A stretch of DNA of 64,000 nucleotides from the human T2T-CHM13v2.0 reference genome, Homo sapiens. The position numbers and the translations under genes are program-made. Where the stretch lies: assembly GCF_009914755.1 (NCBI RefSeq), contig NC_060927.1; one strand, given 5' to 3'. The notes under the pieces are model-generated. The model had not been told where the DNA came from and made no database searches. It saw nothing but the letters and a program-made list of their open reading frames with translations. Positions 1-11,425 of this stretch are shown here, in pieces. The stretch's first letter is position 1; the number at the start of each line of letters is the position of its first letter.

Positions 1-2705
1 GCCGTTGCTTTAAAGTTTTTTTCTTTTTTTTTTTTTTTCTGATATAAGAATAGCTACCCCTGCCTGGTTTTGGTGTCTATTTTCATGAAATGCCTTTTTC
101 CATCACTTTACTTTTAGTTTATGTGAGTTCTTATGTGTTAGGTGAGTCTCCCGAAGGCAGCAGATAGGTAGTTGGTAAGTTCTTATCCATTTTGTGGTTC
201 TATATCTTTTAAGTAGAGCATTTAAGTCATTACATTCAATGCTAGTATTGAAATGTGAGGTACCGATGCATACATCATGCTCTTTGTTGCCTGTGTATTT
301 TTTTTGTTTTGTTTTTTGCTTTTTAACTTGTATTTTTGCTTTATAGTTCCTGTGTGATTTATGCTTTAAAGAAGTTCTGTTTTCATGTTTTTTTCAGGAT
401 TTGTTTCAAGATTTAGAGTTCCTTTTAGCAGTTCTTGTAGTGGTGGATTGGTAATGGTGAATTCTCTCAGGGTTTTTTTTTTGTTTTTGTTTTTGTTTTT
501 TTTTTCAGAAAAGGAATGTAATTTTGCTTCATATATGATGCTTAGTTTCACTGGATACAAAATTCTTGGCTGATAATTGTTTTGTTTGAGGAGGCTGAAG
601 ATAGGGCCCCAATCCCCTCTAGATTGTAGGGTTTCGGCTGAGAAATCTGCTGTTAATCTGATAGGTTTTCCTTTATAGGTTACCTGGTCCTTCTGTCTCA
701 CAGCTCTTAAGATTCTTTCCTTCATCTTACCTTTAGATAACCTGATGACAATGTCTAGGTGATGTTCTTTTGGCAATAAATTTCCCAGGTGTTCTTTCTG
801 ATCCTTGTATTTGGATGTCTAGGTCTCCAGCAAGGCCAGAGAAGTTTTCCTGGATTATTCCACCAAATACATTTTCCAAGCTTTTAGAATTTTCTTCCTC
901 AGGAATGTCAATAATGCTTAGGTTGGTTGTTTAACATAATCCCAGACTTTTTGCAGGCTTTGTTCATATTTTTTACCTTTGTTGAATTGGGTTAATTCGA
1001 AGACCTTGTCTTTGAGCTGTGTATTTCTTTATTATACTTGTTAAATTCTATTGCTGAGACTTTCCAGAGCATTTTGCATTTTTGTAAGTGTGTCCGATGT
1101 TTCCTGAAGTTTCAACTGTTTTTTATTTATGCTATCTATTTCCTTGAATATTTCTGCCTTCACTTCTTGTATTATTTTTTGGATTTACTATATTGGGCTT
1201 CACTTTTCTGTGATGCCTCTCTGATTAGCTTAATACTTAACCTTCTGAATTCTTTTTTAGGTAAATCAGGGATTTCTTCCTGGTTTGGATCCACTGCTGG
1301 TGAACTAGTGTGATTTTTTGTGGGTGTTAAAGAGCCTTGTTTTGTCACATTACCAGAGGTGGTTTTCTGGTTTCTTCTTGCTTGGGTAGTCTCTGTCAGG
1401 GAGAAGGTCTAGGGCTGAAGGCTGTTCTTCAGATTCTTTTGTCCCATGGGGTGTTCCCTTGATGTAGTGCTCTCCCCCTTTTCCTATGGATGTGGCTTCC
1501 TGCGAACCAAACTGCAGTGATTGTTGTCTCTCTTCTGGGTCTAGCCACTCAGCAAGTCTACCCAGCTCTGGATTGGTACTGGGGATTCTCTGCACAGAGT
1601 CCTGTGATATGAACCATCTATGGATCTCTCAGCTGTGGATACCAGAGTCTTTTCTGGTGGAGGTGGCAGGGGGGTGAAATGGACTCTGTGAAAATTCTTA
1701 GCTTTGATGGTTTAATATTCTATTTTTGTGCTGCTTGGCCTCCTGCCAGGAGGTGCTGCTTTCCGGAGAGCTTCAGCTGTGGTAGTATGGAGAGGAACCA
1801 GTGGTGGGCCAGGCTCTAAAATTCCCAAGAATATATGCCCTTTGTCTTTAGCTACCAGGGCAAATTGGAAGGCCCATCAGGTGAGGGCAGGGCTAGGTAT
1901 GTCCAAGCTCAGGCTCTCCTTAGGGGGGGGTCTTGCTGTGGCTGCTGTTGGGAGTGGGGGTGATGTTCCCAGGTCATTGGAATTGTGTACCTAGGAGGAT
2001 TATGGCTGCCTCTGCTGAGTCATGCAGGTTGTCAGAGAAGTGAAGGTAAGTGTCACATGCCTCACCCAGCTCCCATGCAAATCAAAGGGCTGGTCTCATT
2101 CCCACTGTGCCCTCCACCACAGCCCTGAGTCTGTCTCCAGGAGGAGGGCAAGATGGGCTTGAAAACTCTCTCCAGGCTATCAGCCTCCCAGCTGCAAAAG
2201 AAAAGGGCTTGGTTCTCCCCTCACCTGTGGAATCTGCACATTGGAATTGTGCCTTCCCGGAGTTCCGGTCGGGAGGATTCTTGCACCTTTTGAATTGTTA
2301 AAAAGTTCAGCAAGAGATTTCCTTCTCCCTGTTGAGTTTTACCCCAAGGGCCTTTCTACTGCCTCCTCTACCCTTGTATTTTGCTCAGCTCTCTAAATTG
2401 ACTGAGCTCCAGGTAAAGTCAAAAACTTCTCCTGCAAACAGGCCTTCAGTTTCTCCAGTGGGGGTGTGTGTTCAGGAGAGGGGGGTCTCCCTTTCCCACT
2501 TCCATAGTTGGATCACTACAGTATTTGGGGTGTCTCCTGGGTCCTGCAGGAGCAGTCCATTTCCTTCAGAGGATTTGTGGGTCCTCTTGGGATTGCTCAT
2601 TTGTTCTTGCAGTCGATCTGGAGCTAAAATTCACAATGCGAGCCTCTACACGCTGCTCTGTCTGGAGCTGCAATCTAGTTCTGCCACCCATCCACCATAA
2701 TGACC
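1..2705 (-). mobile_element. L1 (L1PB/L1PBa-type) 5' part: 5'UTR, decayed ORF1, start of ORF2; continues off the left edge
   Basis: ORF 366..776(-) translates as the L1 ORF1p C-terminus (KERILRAVRQKDQVTYKGKPIRLTADFSAETLQ...WGPIFSLLKQNNYQPRILYP). 1400-2705 resembles the L1PBa 5'UTR. Confidence 0.9.
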
Positions 2706-2979
2706 CCTATCAAAAAAATTTTCTGAATGCCAATACTTTAAGGAATACTTTTTTTATCTGAAGTCACAAGATATTTTCTTCTAATTGTCACAGCTGTTTT
2801 TATATATAGTACTTAATTCTACTTAGAATTCATTTTTATAAATGTAAGGTATAAATATATTTGTATTTTTTAAAAAAAGTAATAGACATTATTATTTAGA
2901 TTTCAATAAAATTTCTCCAATATATTTAGAATTTTTTCATCTAACAATATTAAAATTGTCCTTAATGTTTCTTCTTTGG

Positions 2980-3480
2980 ATCCTACATTTCTAAAATTTT
3001 TAAATATCCACTGTTTGTTTCATTGCCTGGTTATGTTTCTACTACAGATATCTAACTTAATTTCATTGTAATTAGCAAGTATAATCTATATGGCAGCAAT
3101 CTTTTAGCTTGTTGAGATTTTCTTTGTGACAAATACATGAGCAATTTTTATTAAAATGTTCTATTTATGCTTAAGAAAAATGCATTATCTATATTTAAGG
3201 TACAGGGTTTTATATTTTCATTTAATAAAGATTGTTAGTATATTATTAGAAAACATTTACCACTTTGCTAATGGAAGTGATATCAAATAATTTATAAACA
3301 TTATGGAATATATGAATCATTTGAATACATATAAGCTGTGATAAAGTGGTGCAGCTGTACTGGTGAACACCAGAAAATGGTCATCCTTGATAAGTAATAT
3401 TTTGTCTGTTGTCTGATTGATATTTTAAAGGTGATGTGTTAAAGCTCCTGCTATTATGAATTATTTTACAATAATTCTTT
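2980..3480 (-). mobile_element. Highly decayed old L1M fragment
   Basis: Patchy similarity to antisense L1 ORF2 (gttgagattttctttgtgac; gtgttaaagctcctgctattatg). Confidence 0.4.
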
Positions 3481-3655
3481 GAATTCCAAGACTATTTTCA
3501 ATTTATTGGTTTCATATGTGTTTAGAATTGTGATAACTTCCCAAAGAATTTTTTTTTCAATCATGATTTGGTGATTTCCTTTATCCATAAAAATGGTCCT
3601 CTCTGTCTTTGTGGTCTTTCATCATCAGGCTGGGTCACTAGAAAATCTTCACAGG

Positions 3656-3976
<321 letters not shown>

Positions 3977-4194
3977 CACAGGGAGATCCCAGGGCAGCAA
4001 GAGAGTGAGAATGGAAACTGCAAGACCTCTTGATTCCTTGCTTAGAAATAACACAATGTCACTTCAGCTGCAAGTACCAAGGTCAGCCAGATTCAAAAAA
4101 TAGAGAAGTAAATTCTCTCTCTTGATGGGTAGAGTTAGCAAAAAAACTGCATCAAATTTCATTCAACACAAACTACTTCTGTTTATTGTAATTA

Positions 4195-4733
4195 TGAAAC
4201 TGTCCCAATAAACTTTATAAAAGTATTCAAGAAAGGAGGGTGAAGGAGAAACAAAAATAAACCAAATTTCCAGCACATTCATTGTTAATCATTAGGTCAG
4301 CTTGTTCTCTTACTTGCTTTTTCGTAGTCGTTTGGTGCCTATTGTTTTAGAATCATGTAGTCCCTAGATTATAGTTCCCCTTAACTCCTCTTTAGATAAC
4401 AACTTAAACATTATACAACATTGAGTTTACTCTTTGAGATATTCTTTAGGTCCTGTGTGTCAGTGAAACATTAGCTGTTCTGCAAGACCCCATTAGAAGC
4501 TGACTCATCAAACAATGCAGTCTCTACATCCTGATGATTTCATACCCTTTACCTTGACAAATCAATAACCCAAATTTTACAGTTCCTCAACCTCCACGAT
4601 CTGCTTAAAAATCCCAAGTCCAAGGCTATCTGGGGCAACATATTTGAGGATTTTTGTCTGCTGCAAAACCTGCTGTCTTGGTGCATTGGTGTGTTATTAT
4701 GCAGTGGGCGTACAAACTTGTTGGCCTACAACA
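4195..4733 (+). mobile_element. Solo LTR, ERV1/MER4-group (subfamily uncertain)
   Basis: TG...CA termini (tgaaactgtcccaataaactttataaaa ... ggcctacaaca), about 540 bp, body resembles ERV1 LTRs. Confidence 0.7.
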
Positions 4734-5687
4734 GGTACTGATAGATATATTTTTCACTATCATATTTTGAGTTTTGCACATATTAAGCATTATTATTTCT
4801 CAGTTATTGTATTTTTTGAGTAATTCAATTTTATTTTTAATTTTATTTTCTCTATACAGCTATTCAAGATAAATCCTCTATTTCTGCTTTACCAAGATTT
4901 ATGCAATAAAAAGTTAATCAGTATCTTATATTCTAATCAACATAAGGTTTCTGAAAGGTATTAACTCAGATCACAAGAACCTCTCTCTCCTTATCATTCC
5001 AAGATGAGGGACTACTACTATCTAGCATTTAGCTCCCCTTTAGAACTCCATTAAATCAAATATTTTTATTATTATTACTTTGTGTAAATAATGTGTAAAT
5101 ATACTAGTATTCAATATTTTATTGATTAGCTTTTTAAGAAATATATTTCTACTAGATTAATTTTCTTAAAATTAGTTTCTTAGCTCTTTCTTTTCTGAGT
5201 GTTCATCGACACTCAGGTTTCTTCAGTTTTTTTTTTTTTTTTTGCCACAAAAACGTGTTTTATTTGCTTTGTTCTTGAAACACTGTTTAGAAAGTTGGGA
5301 TGGCAATTATTTTCAATCAGCTTTCATTTTGATCTCCAGGAGAAAGAGGAGAGAATAATAATTTAGAGTCTGGACACTGGTGCTTAACTTTTTTGACACA
5401 AATCTAGACTTATGTTTTAGTATCTGAGGAATGTTGGGTTAATTACCAAAGCTTTTCATCATTTACCCTCTTCATTTGTAAAATTAGTATTGTATTAATA
5501 ATACCTGTTTCATAGGATTAACAGAATTAACATTTCTACTTGTTACATGCCTTACATATTTTAAGCATTGAATACATTCTATCATTTATTATTTTCTAGT
5601 TTTTTTTTTTGGAATCACACTTTTGGCTTTATAGTTGTTCCTTTATTGGTTATCTGTCTTTCTTATGCATTTGAGATCTTTATCTTT

Positions 5688-6567
5688 TGTAGGGAGACCC
5701 CCCCGAAACTATTGCTATGGAATAAAAGATGAAATGCTCCTGATTATTGTAAATACAAAATTGCATGCAAGATTGTGTAAAGACAATGCCAGGTTGGACT
5801 GCCAGAATGAGTCAACAGTGTGTAATGTGCTTCCCCCTGCAGAGAGCCTATGAATGGGCGTGCAGTCTGGGGGATTTCACATCACCAAGAGTCCTATCCC
5901 AGAAAAGCAGATGTTCATAGCTCTGGGAATGGAAGTCAACCCTTGTGGAGAGCCTATAAATGGATGCATGGGGCGGGGGCACCTGTCCATATGGATAAGA
6001 TAGGACTATAAATGCCCTCATCTTGCCATGGCTCTTCTAGGCCTCTTTAGGGTTAAGGTATACACCCTTCTGAGAATTTCTGGTCTAACTGGTTGTCTAG
6101 CTTCATGTCCTGTTTCTATGGATTGTTTGTAACCAGCTTTTGCTGCAACTGTTACTGCTGGTTAATATCTTGCTAATCATAGGTTATGGAAAGACTGTGT
6201 TTCTGTTTTAAGGCTCTGTTAGAAATTGCTGATACACACACTATATTGTAAATTCTTATCCCTGTATACTGTACTTCTGCATACAGACGTTATGTTAAAG
6301 AATTACTTCATCCCCATGTGACCATCTCACCTTATAATCAAATGACCCTAAATCCCTCCCTAACCTACCCTCGCCCTCACTAAACTTAATGATAAATCCT
6401 GGTATATCCAGTGCATTGTTGACACTGCAGGACCAGAAGGCAGTGACATCCCCTGGACCCAGTTTTCACTATCTTGTGTGTGTCTATTGTTTCTCAACCT
6501 GCCAACCCACCTAGGAACAAAGAGAGAGCCCCGTTGCATTGTGGGCTGCTGGCCAGATCCTGCAATA
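5688..6567 (+). promoter_or_regulatory. 5' LTR (MER11D-like), about 880 bp
   Basis: Begins tgtagggagacccc, ends ccagatcctgcaata, followed directly by the PBS. TATA-like tataaa near 5955 and 6007. Confidence 0.85.
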
Positions 6568-6569
6568 TT

Positions 6570-6586
6570 TGGCACCCAACGTGGCC
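6570..6586 (+). promoter_or_regulatory. Primer-binding site, tRNA-Lys type
   Basis: tggcacccaacgtggcc compared with the canonical TGGCGCCCAACGTGGGGC. Confidence 0.9.
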
Positions 6587-6728
6587 TTCTTTGTTCCTGG
6601 GCTCAGTGCACTCTGAGTGCGGGTTCGTGATGACTAGTCTTCAGTCTCGACGGTAAGGTCTCTGGGTACACTTTTTCCAATGCTCCCCTCTTTTCAGGTT
6701 TGTTGACTGGTAATATTCCAGGGTTATT

Positions 6729-7436
6729 ATGGGACAATTGCAGTTTAAACACCAGGCTTATCTGTCTTTTATTAAACTTCTTCTTAAACAGGGTAGAATC
6801 AAGGCTGATTCCAATAACCTTATTCTCTTATTTCAGACTATTGAAAAACATTGTCCTTGGTTCCCTGACAAAGATTCTATGGACCTGTTAGACTGGGATA
6901 GAGTTGGCGCCACTCTCCGCCAACTCATGAGAGTTGGTGTTTTACATCCTATTTCTGTTTGGACTGACTGGGCTCTTATTCGTGTTGCTTTACTTCCTTT
7001 TCAGTCTGGTGATACTCTTCAAATGCCAGAAGTTAAGGTGGTTGGTGAACCATTCCCTTTACCTTGGGTAGCTGACCCCCCTACTAGTCCTCCTTCTGAT
7101 GATGAAGAAGAATTCGATCTCTCCTTGTTTTCTCCCCAAGAGGAGGAACCTGGTGTTGATCCCCTCCCTCCACCTCCTATCTTGGAACCTGTATATATTA
7201 ACTCTTCTTCTACCAAGCCGTTGTCCCCTCTGCCAGAGGAGGATGTGTGGCATTCATCTGAATCGGCTGTTTCTCATTCCTCTCATCCTTTTGGACCTCT
7301 CCCCTCTTCTAAGCCTACTGTTTCTTTTGAGGCTCCAGGACCCCTTATTTCAGAGGTTTGGAATCCTGCTTCCCCCCAGTCCACGTCCCGGCATGCTCAC
7401 TCTCTTTCTCTCTTTTCCTCTGCCCCTTCACAATAG
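6729..7436 (+). pseudogene. gag: HERV-K gag 5' portion (matrix plus proline/acidic spacer), open for 235 aa; CA/NC deleted
   Basis: MGQ...AYLSFIKLLLKQG...LFQTIEKHCPWFP...DLLDWDRVG matches betaretroviral MA; Gly2 is present. Confidence 0.9.
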
Positions 7437-9352
7437 ATGTGTGAGTCACCTGTTTGGGTAGAGTAGTGGCCACTTTCCAAACACAAGTTGGAGGCTTTAA
7501 TTGAAATTGTTAATGATTTACTACAAGTAAACACTATTGAGCCCTCCTTGTCTCCATGGAACTCACATGTGTTTGTTGTACAAAAAAGGTCAGGAAAATG
7601 GAGGATGGTAACAGACTTAAGAGCTGTTAATGCAGTTATTAAACCTATGGGGGCATTACAACCCAGTATGCCCTCCCCTTCCATGATTCCTAAAGAATGG
7701 CCTTTAATTATCATTGACCTTAAGGACTGCTTTTTTCATATTCCTTTAGACAAGTCAGACTGTGAAAAATTTGCTTTTACTATACCTTCCACTAACAATT
7801 CAGCTCCTGCAGCTAGATATGAATGGAAAGTTTTACCTCAAGGAATGATTAACAGTCCTACTATTTGTCAGTTGTTTGTCAGTACTGTGTTACAACCTAT
7901 CTGACAGACTTTTAAAAATAATTACATTTTTCATTATATGGATGATATACCGATTGCTGCCCCCACTAAAGATGAATTAATTCAATGTTTTACCTTTTTA
8001 AAATTAGCTGTTGCCAAAGCAGGACTCCACATTGCTCCTGACAAAATTCAACAAGCCACTCCTTTCTGTACTTAGGAATGCAGCTAGAAGCTCACTCCAT
8101 TAAGCCCCAAAAAGTCCAACTTTGTACTGACAATTTAAACACCTTAAATGATTTTCAAAAATTACTAGGTGACATCAATTACCTCAGACCAACCCTAGGC
8201 ATCCCTACTTATGCATTATCTCATCTATTTGCCACTTTATCAGGAGATACATATTTAAACAGTCCTCGCTGTCTATCTGAGCCAGGAAAACAAGAGTTGT
8301 CTTTTGTAGAACAACGAGTGAGAGAGGCACAAGTCTCTCATATTGACACAAATTTGCCTTTACAATTTTTAGTTTTTCCTTCCATCCACTCTCCTACAGG
8401 ACTTATAGTACAAAATGATTCTCTAGTTGAATGTGTATTTCTTCCTAATTCAGCCCTTAAAACTCTTTCAATATATATTGATCAAATAGCCACTTTGATT
8501 GGGTTAGGACGTCAATGTATCACTAAAATTTCTGGCTTTGATCCAAACATTATTGTGGTCCCTTTGTCAAAAAATGAAGTCAAACATGCCTTTTCTACAT
8601 CTTTGTGCTGGCAGACTAATCTGGCTGACTTCGTTGGCACTATTGATAATCATTTACCTAAGTCAAAATTCTTTCAATTTCTAAGAAATACTTCCTGGAT
8701 TCTACCAAAACTTACACATTCATCACCACCAGAGACAGCCGTTACCATTTTTACTGATGGATCAAGTAATGGAAAGGCAGGGTATGTAGGACCAAAAGAT
8801 AAAGTCATTTCTACTCCATACACTTCTGCTCAAAAAGCCGAGTTGTTTGCTGTTATCTCTGCATTACAGGATTTTGATCAGCCTCTTAATATTGTCTCTG
8901 ACTCAGCTTATGTAGTCCATGCCACTAAGGCAATAGAAACAGCTACCGTCAAAAATATTGCTGACACTAATCTGTTTTCCTTGTTCTCTTTATTACAAAA
9001 AACTGTCAGAAACCGAAACCACCCTTTTTTTCATCACTCACATTTGTTCTCATACTAACTTGCTTGGACATTTATCCAGTGGTAATCATAAAGTTGATAC
9101 TCTAGTTTCTCTAGCCATTACAGATGCAGAACAATTTCGTCAACTCACTCATACTAATGCCAGAAAAACATTTCTCTGGTAACTGCCCCAGGGTAAACCA
9201 AGGAAGGGAAGTATGGTGGAAAGATGTTCAATCTAATATATGGTCAAAAGGTTCTATTTTAACGTGGGGAAGAGGCTATGCTTGTGTTTCCCCAGGTGAA
9301 TATCAATCTCCTGTTTGGATTCCTGCTAGACACCTGAAATTATGTCCTGAAA
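7437..9352 (+). pseudogene. pol: HERV-K pol (RT, RNase H, IN ends), with stops, frameshifts and IN core deletion
   Basis: Motifs [47 protein letters not shown] (7935-7946), TLNDFQKLLGDIN, FTDGSSNG, SAQKAEL, NIVSDSAY, WWKD...WGRGYACVSPG...PVWIPARHLK. Confidence 0.95.
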
Positions 9353-9703
9353 ATGCATACAACAACAAGACAGAGAAATTTGCTGAAAAAGCACCACAGC
9401 AAGAAACAACTAACACATCCAATCATCAAAAAGAAGAAAGTGACCATGCTAACTCCTTTACAACAGACAATCCAGTCAGCCATCCTGAACAACTTGTCTC
9501 TGCAGATCCAGGTCTGGCTCAGCCTCTGCCTCCTCCTGATGACACTGATCCTTCTACCCTCTGTCACCCAACAGACTGTTAAAAACTATACATATTGGGC
9601 CTATATTCCTTTTCCCTCTCTTATTTGAGCCATGACATGGATGGACGTGCCTATCAGGTCTATGTTAATGATAGTATTTGGATGCCTGGTTCTGTAGATG
9701 ATC
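9353..9703 (+). pseudogene. env: HERV-K env N-terminus (signal peptide plus start of SU), truncated
   Basis: Hydrophobic stretch, then NYTYWAYIPFPSLI*AMTWMD...[11 protein letters not shown], matching the HERV-K SU start. Confidence 0.88.
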
Positions 9704-10052
9704 CATTTCCCAGCTTGTTATTGGCCTATTCAGGGATTTGACTTCTTCCTGGTTTAGTCTTGGGAGGGCGTATGTGTCCAGGAATTTATCCATTTCTTCC
9801 AGATGCTCTAGTTTATTTTCATAGAGGTGTTTATAGTATTCTCTGATGGTTGTTTGTTTTTCTGTGGCATCAGTGGTGATATTCCCTTTATCATTTTTTA
9901 ATATGTCTATTTGATTCTTCTCTCTTTTCTTCTTTATTAGTCTAGCTAGCAGTCTATCTATTTTGTTAATTTTTTCAAAAAACAGCTCCCAGATGCATTG
10001 ATTTTTTGGAGGGCTTTTTGTATCTCTGTCTCCTTCAATTCTACTCTGATTT
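9704..10052 (-). mobile_element. L1PA ORF2 fragment (probably the same insertion as 11426-13230)
   Basis: cttcctggtttagtcttgggagg...gtccaggaatttatccatttcttc is antisense L1 ORF2. Confidence 0.9.
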
Positions 10053-11069
10053 TACATTAATCCCCAAGACAATGGGGCAAATGTCCCCAGGGCATGTCAG
10101 AGATCTTCATAGCAGCCCATTCAATCACAGACCCACAGTCCTAAGAGAACATGGTTTTGTGGGCCGCACCCAGGTTCCCCATAACATGTGCAGCCTAGTG
10201 ACTTGTTGCCCTGCATGCCAGCCATTCCAGCCCTATCTGAAAGGGGCCAAAGAGCCTGGGCCATGGCTTCTGAGGGTGCAATCCCCAAGAATTGGCACCT
10301 TCCATGTGGCATTGAGCCTGCGAGTGCAGAGAACTCAAGAATTGAGGTTTGGGAACCTCCAGCTAGATTTCAGATGTATGGAAATGCTTGGATGTCCAGG
10401 CAGAAATTTGCTGCAGGGATTGGGGTCTCATGGAGAACCTCTGCTAGGGCAATGTGGAAGGGAAATATGGGGTTGTACCCCCCATACAGAGTCCCTCCTG
10501 GAGCACCACCTGGCAAAGCTGTAAGATTGCCACCATCCTCCATATCCCAAAATGGTAGATCCACTGATGTCTTGCATCATGTGCCTGGAAAAGTCACAGA
10601 CACTCAATGCCAGCCCATAAAAACAAGTGGGAGGTAGGCTGTACCCTGCAAAGCCACAGGGAAGGAGCTGCCCAAGACCATGGGTACCCACTACTTGCTT
10701 CAGCATGACCTGCTTGTGAGACATGGAGTCAAAGGAGATCATTTTGGAGCTTTAAGATTTGATTGCCTGTTGGATTTCAGACTTTCATGGGGCTGTAACC
10801 CCTTTGCTTTGGCCTATTTCTCCCATTTGGAATGGCTGTGTTTACCCAATACCTGTACCAGCATTGCATCCAGGAAGTAACTAGCTTGCTTTTGATTTTA
10901 CAGGCTCCTAGGCAGAACAGAAGTCCCTTCTGCCTTATCTCAAATGAGACTTTGGACTGTGGAATTTTGAGTTAATGCTGAAATGAGTTAAGACTTTGGG
11001 GGACTGTTGGGAAGGCATGGTTGGTTTTGAAATGTGAGGGCATGAGATTTGGAGGAGCCAGAAGCAGGA
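10053..11069 (+). mobile_element. THE1 (MaLR) internal region, 3' part only
   Basis: Typical THE1-int text (ccccaagacaatgggg; gaattgaggtttgggaacctcc; ggagtcaaaggagatcattttggagctttaagattt), ending in a polypurine tract before the LTR. Confidence 0.9.
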
Positions 11070-11425
11070 TGATATAGTTTGGCTCTGTGTCCCCACCCAA
11101 ATCTCATCTTGAATTACATGCTCATAATTCCCACATGTTGTGGGAGGGACCCAGTGGGAGATAATTTGAATCATGGGGGCAATTTCTCCCATACTGTTCT
11201 CATGGTAATAAATAAATCTCATGAGATCTGATGATTTTATCAAGCATTTCTGCTTTTGCATCTTCCTCATTTTTCTCTTACCTCCACCATGTAAGAAGTG
11301 GCTTTCAACTCCCACCATGATTCTGAGGCCTCCCCAGCCATGTGGAGCTCTAAGCCCAATTAAATCTCCTTTTCTTCCCAGTCTCAGGTATTTCTTTATC
11401 AGTACCATGAAAACAGACTAATACA
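11070..11425 (+). mobile_element. THE1C-type 3' LTR
   Basis: tgatatagtttggctctgtgtccccacccaaatctcatcttgaatt ... aaacagactaataca. Confidence 0.9.

Larger units (their letters stand above)
5688..9703 (+). mobile_element. Defective HERV-K provirus (MER11D LTR; HERVK11D/HML-7-like), internally deleted and 3'-truncated
   Basis: LTR, PBS, gag MA, RT/RNaseH, IN remnants and env N-terminus in order, with betaretroviral motifs. No 3' LTR in the window. Confidence 0.9.

Noticed and set aside
1038-2761. Cluster of 60-120 aa ORFs
   Set aside because: They lie in L1 ORF1 antisense and the GC-richer L1 5'UTR; chance frames, not genes.
8078-9058. 326-aa ORF as a functional enzyme
   Set aside because: It is the RT thumb/connection/RNase H only, separated from YMDD by a frameshift near 8065; counted as part of the pol pseudogene.
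10006-10880. ORFs of 172 and 149 aa
   Set aside because: Decayed THE1-int MaLR frames.
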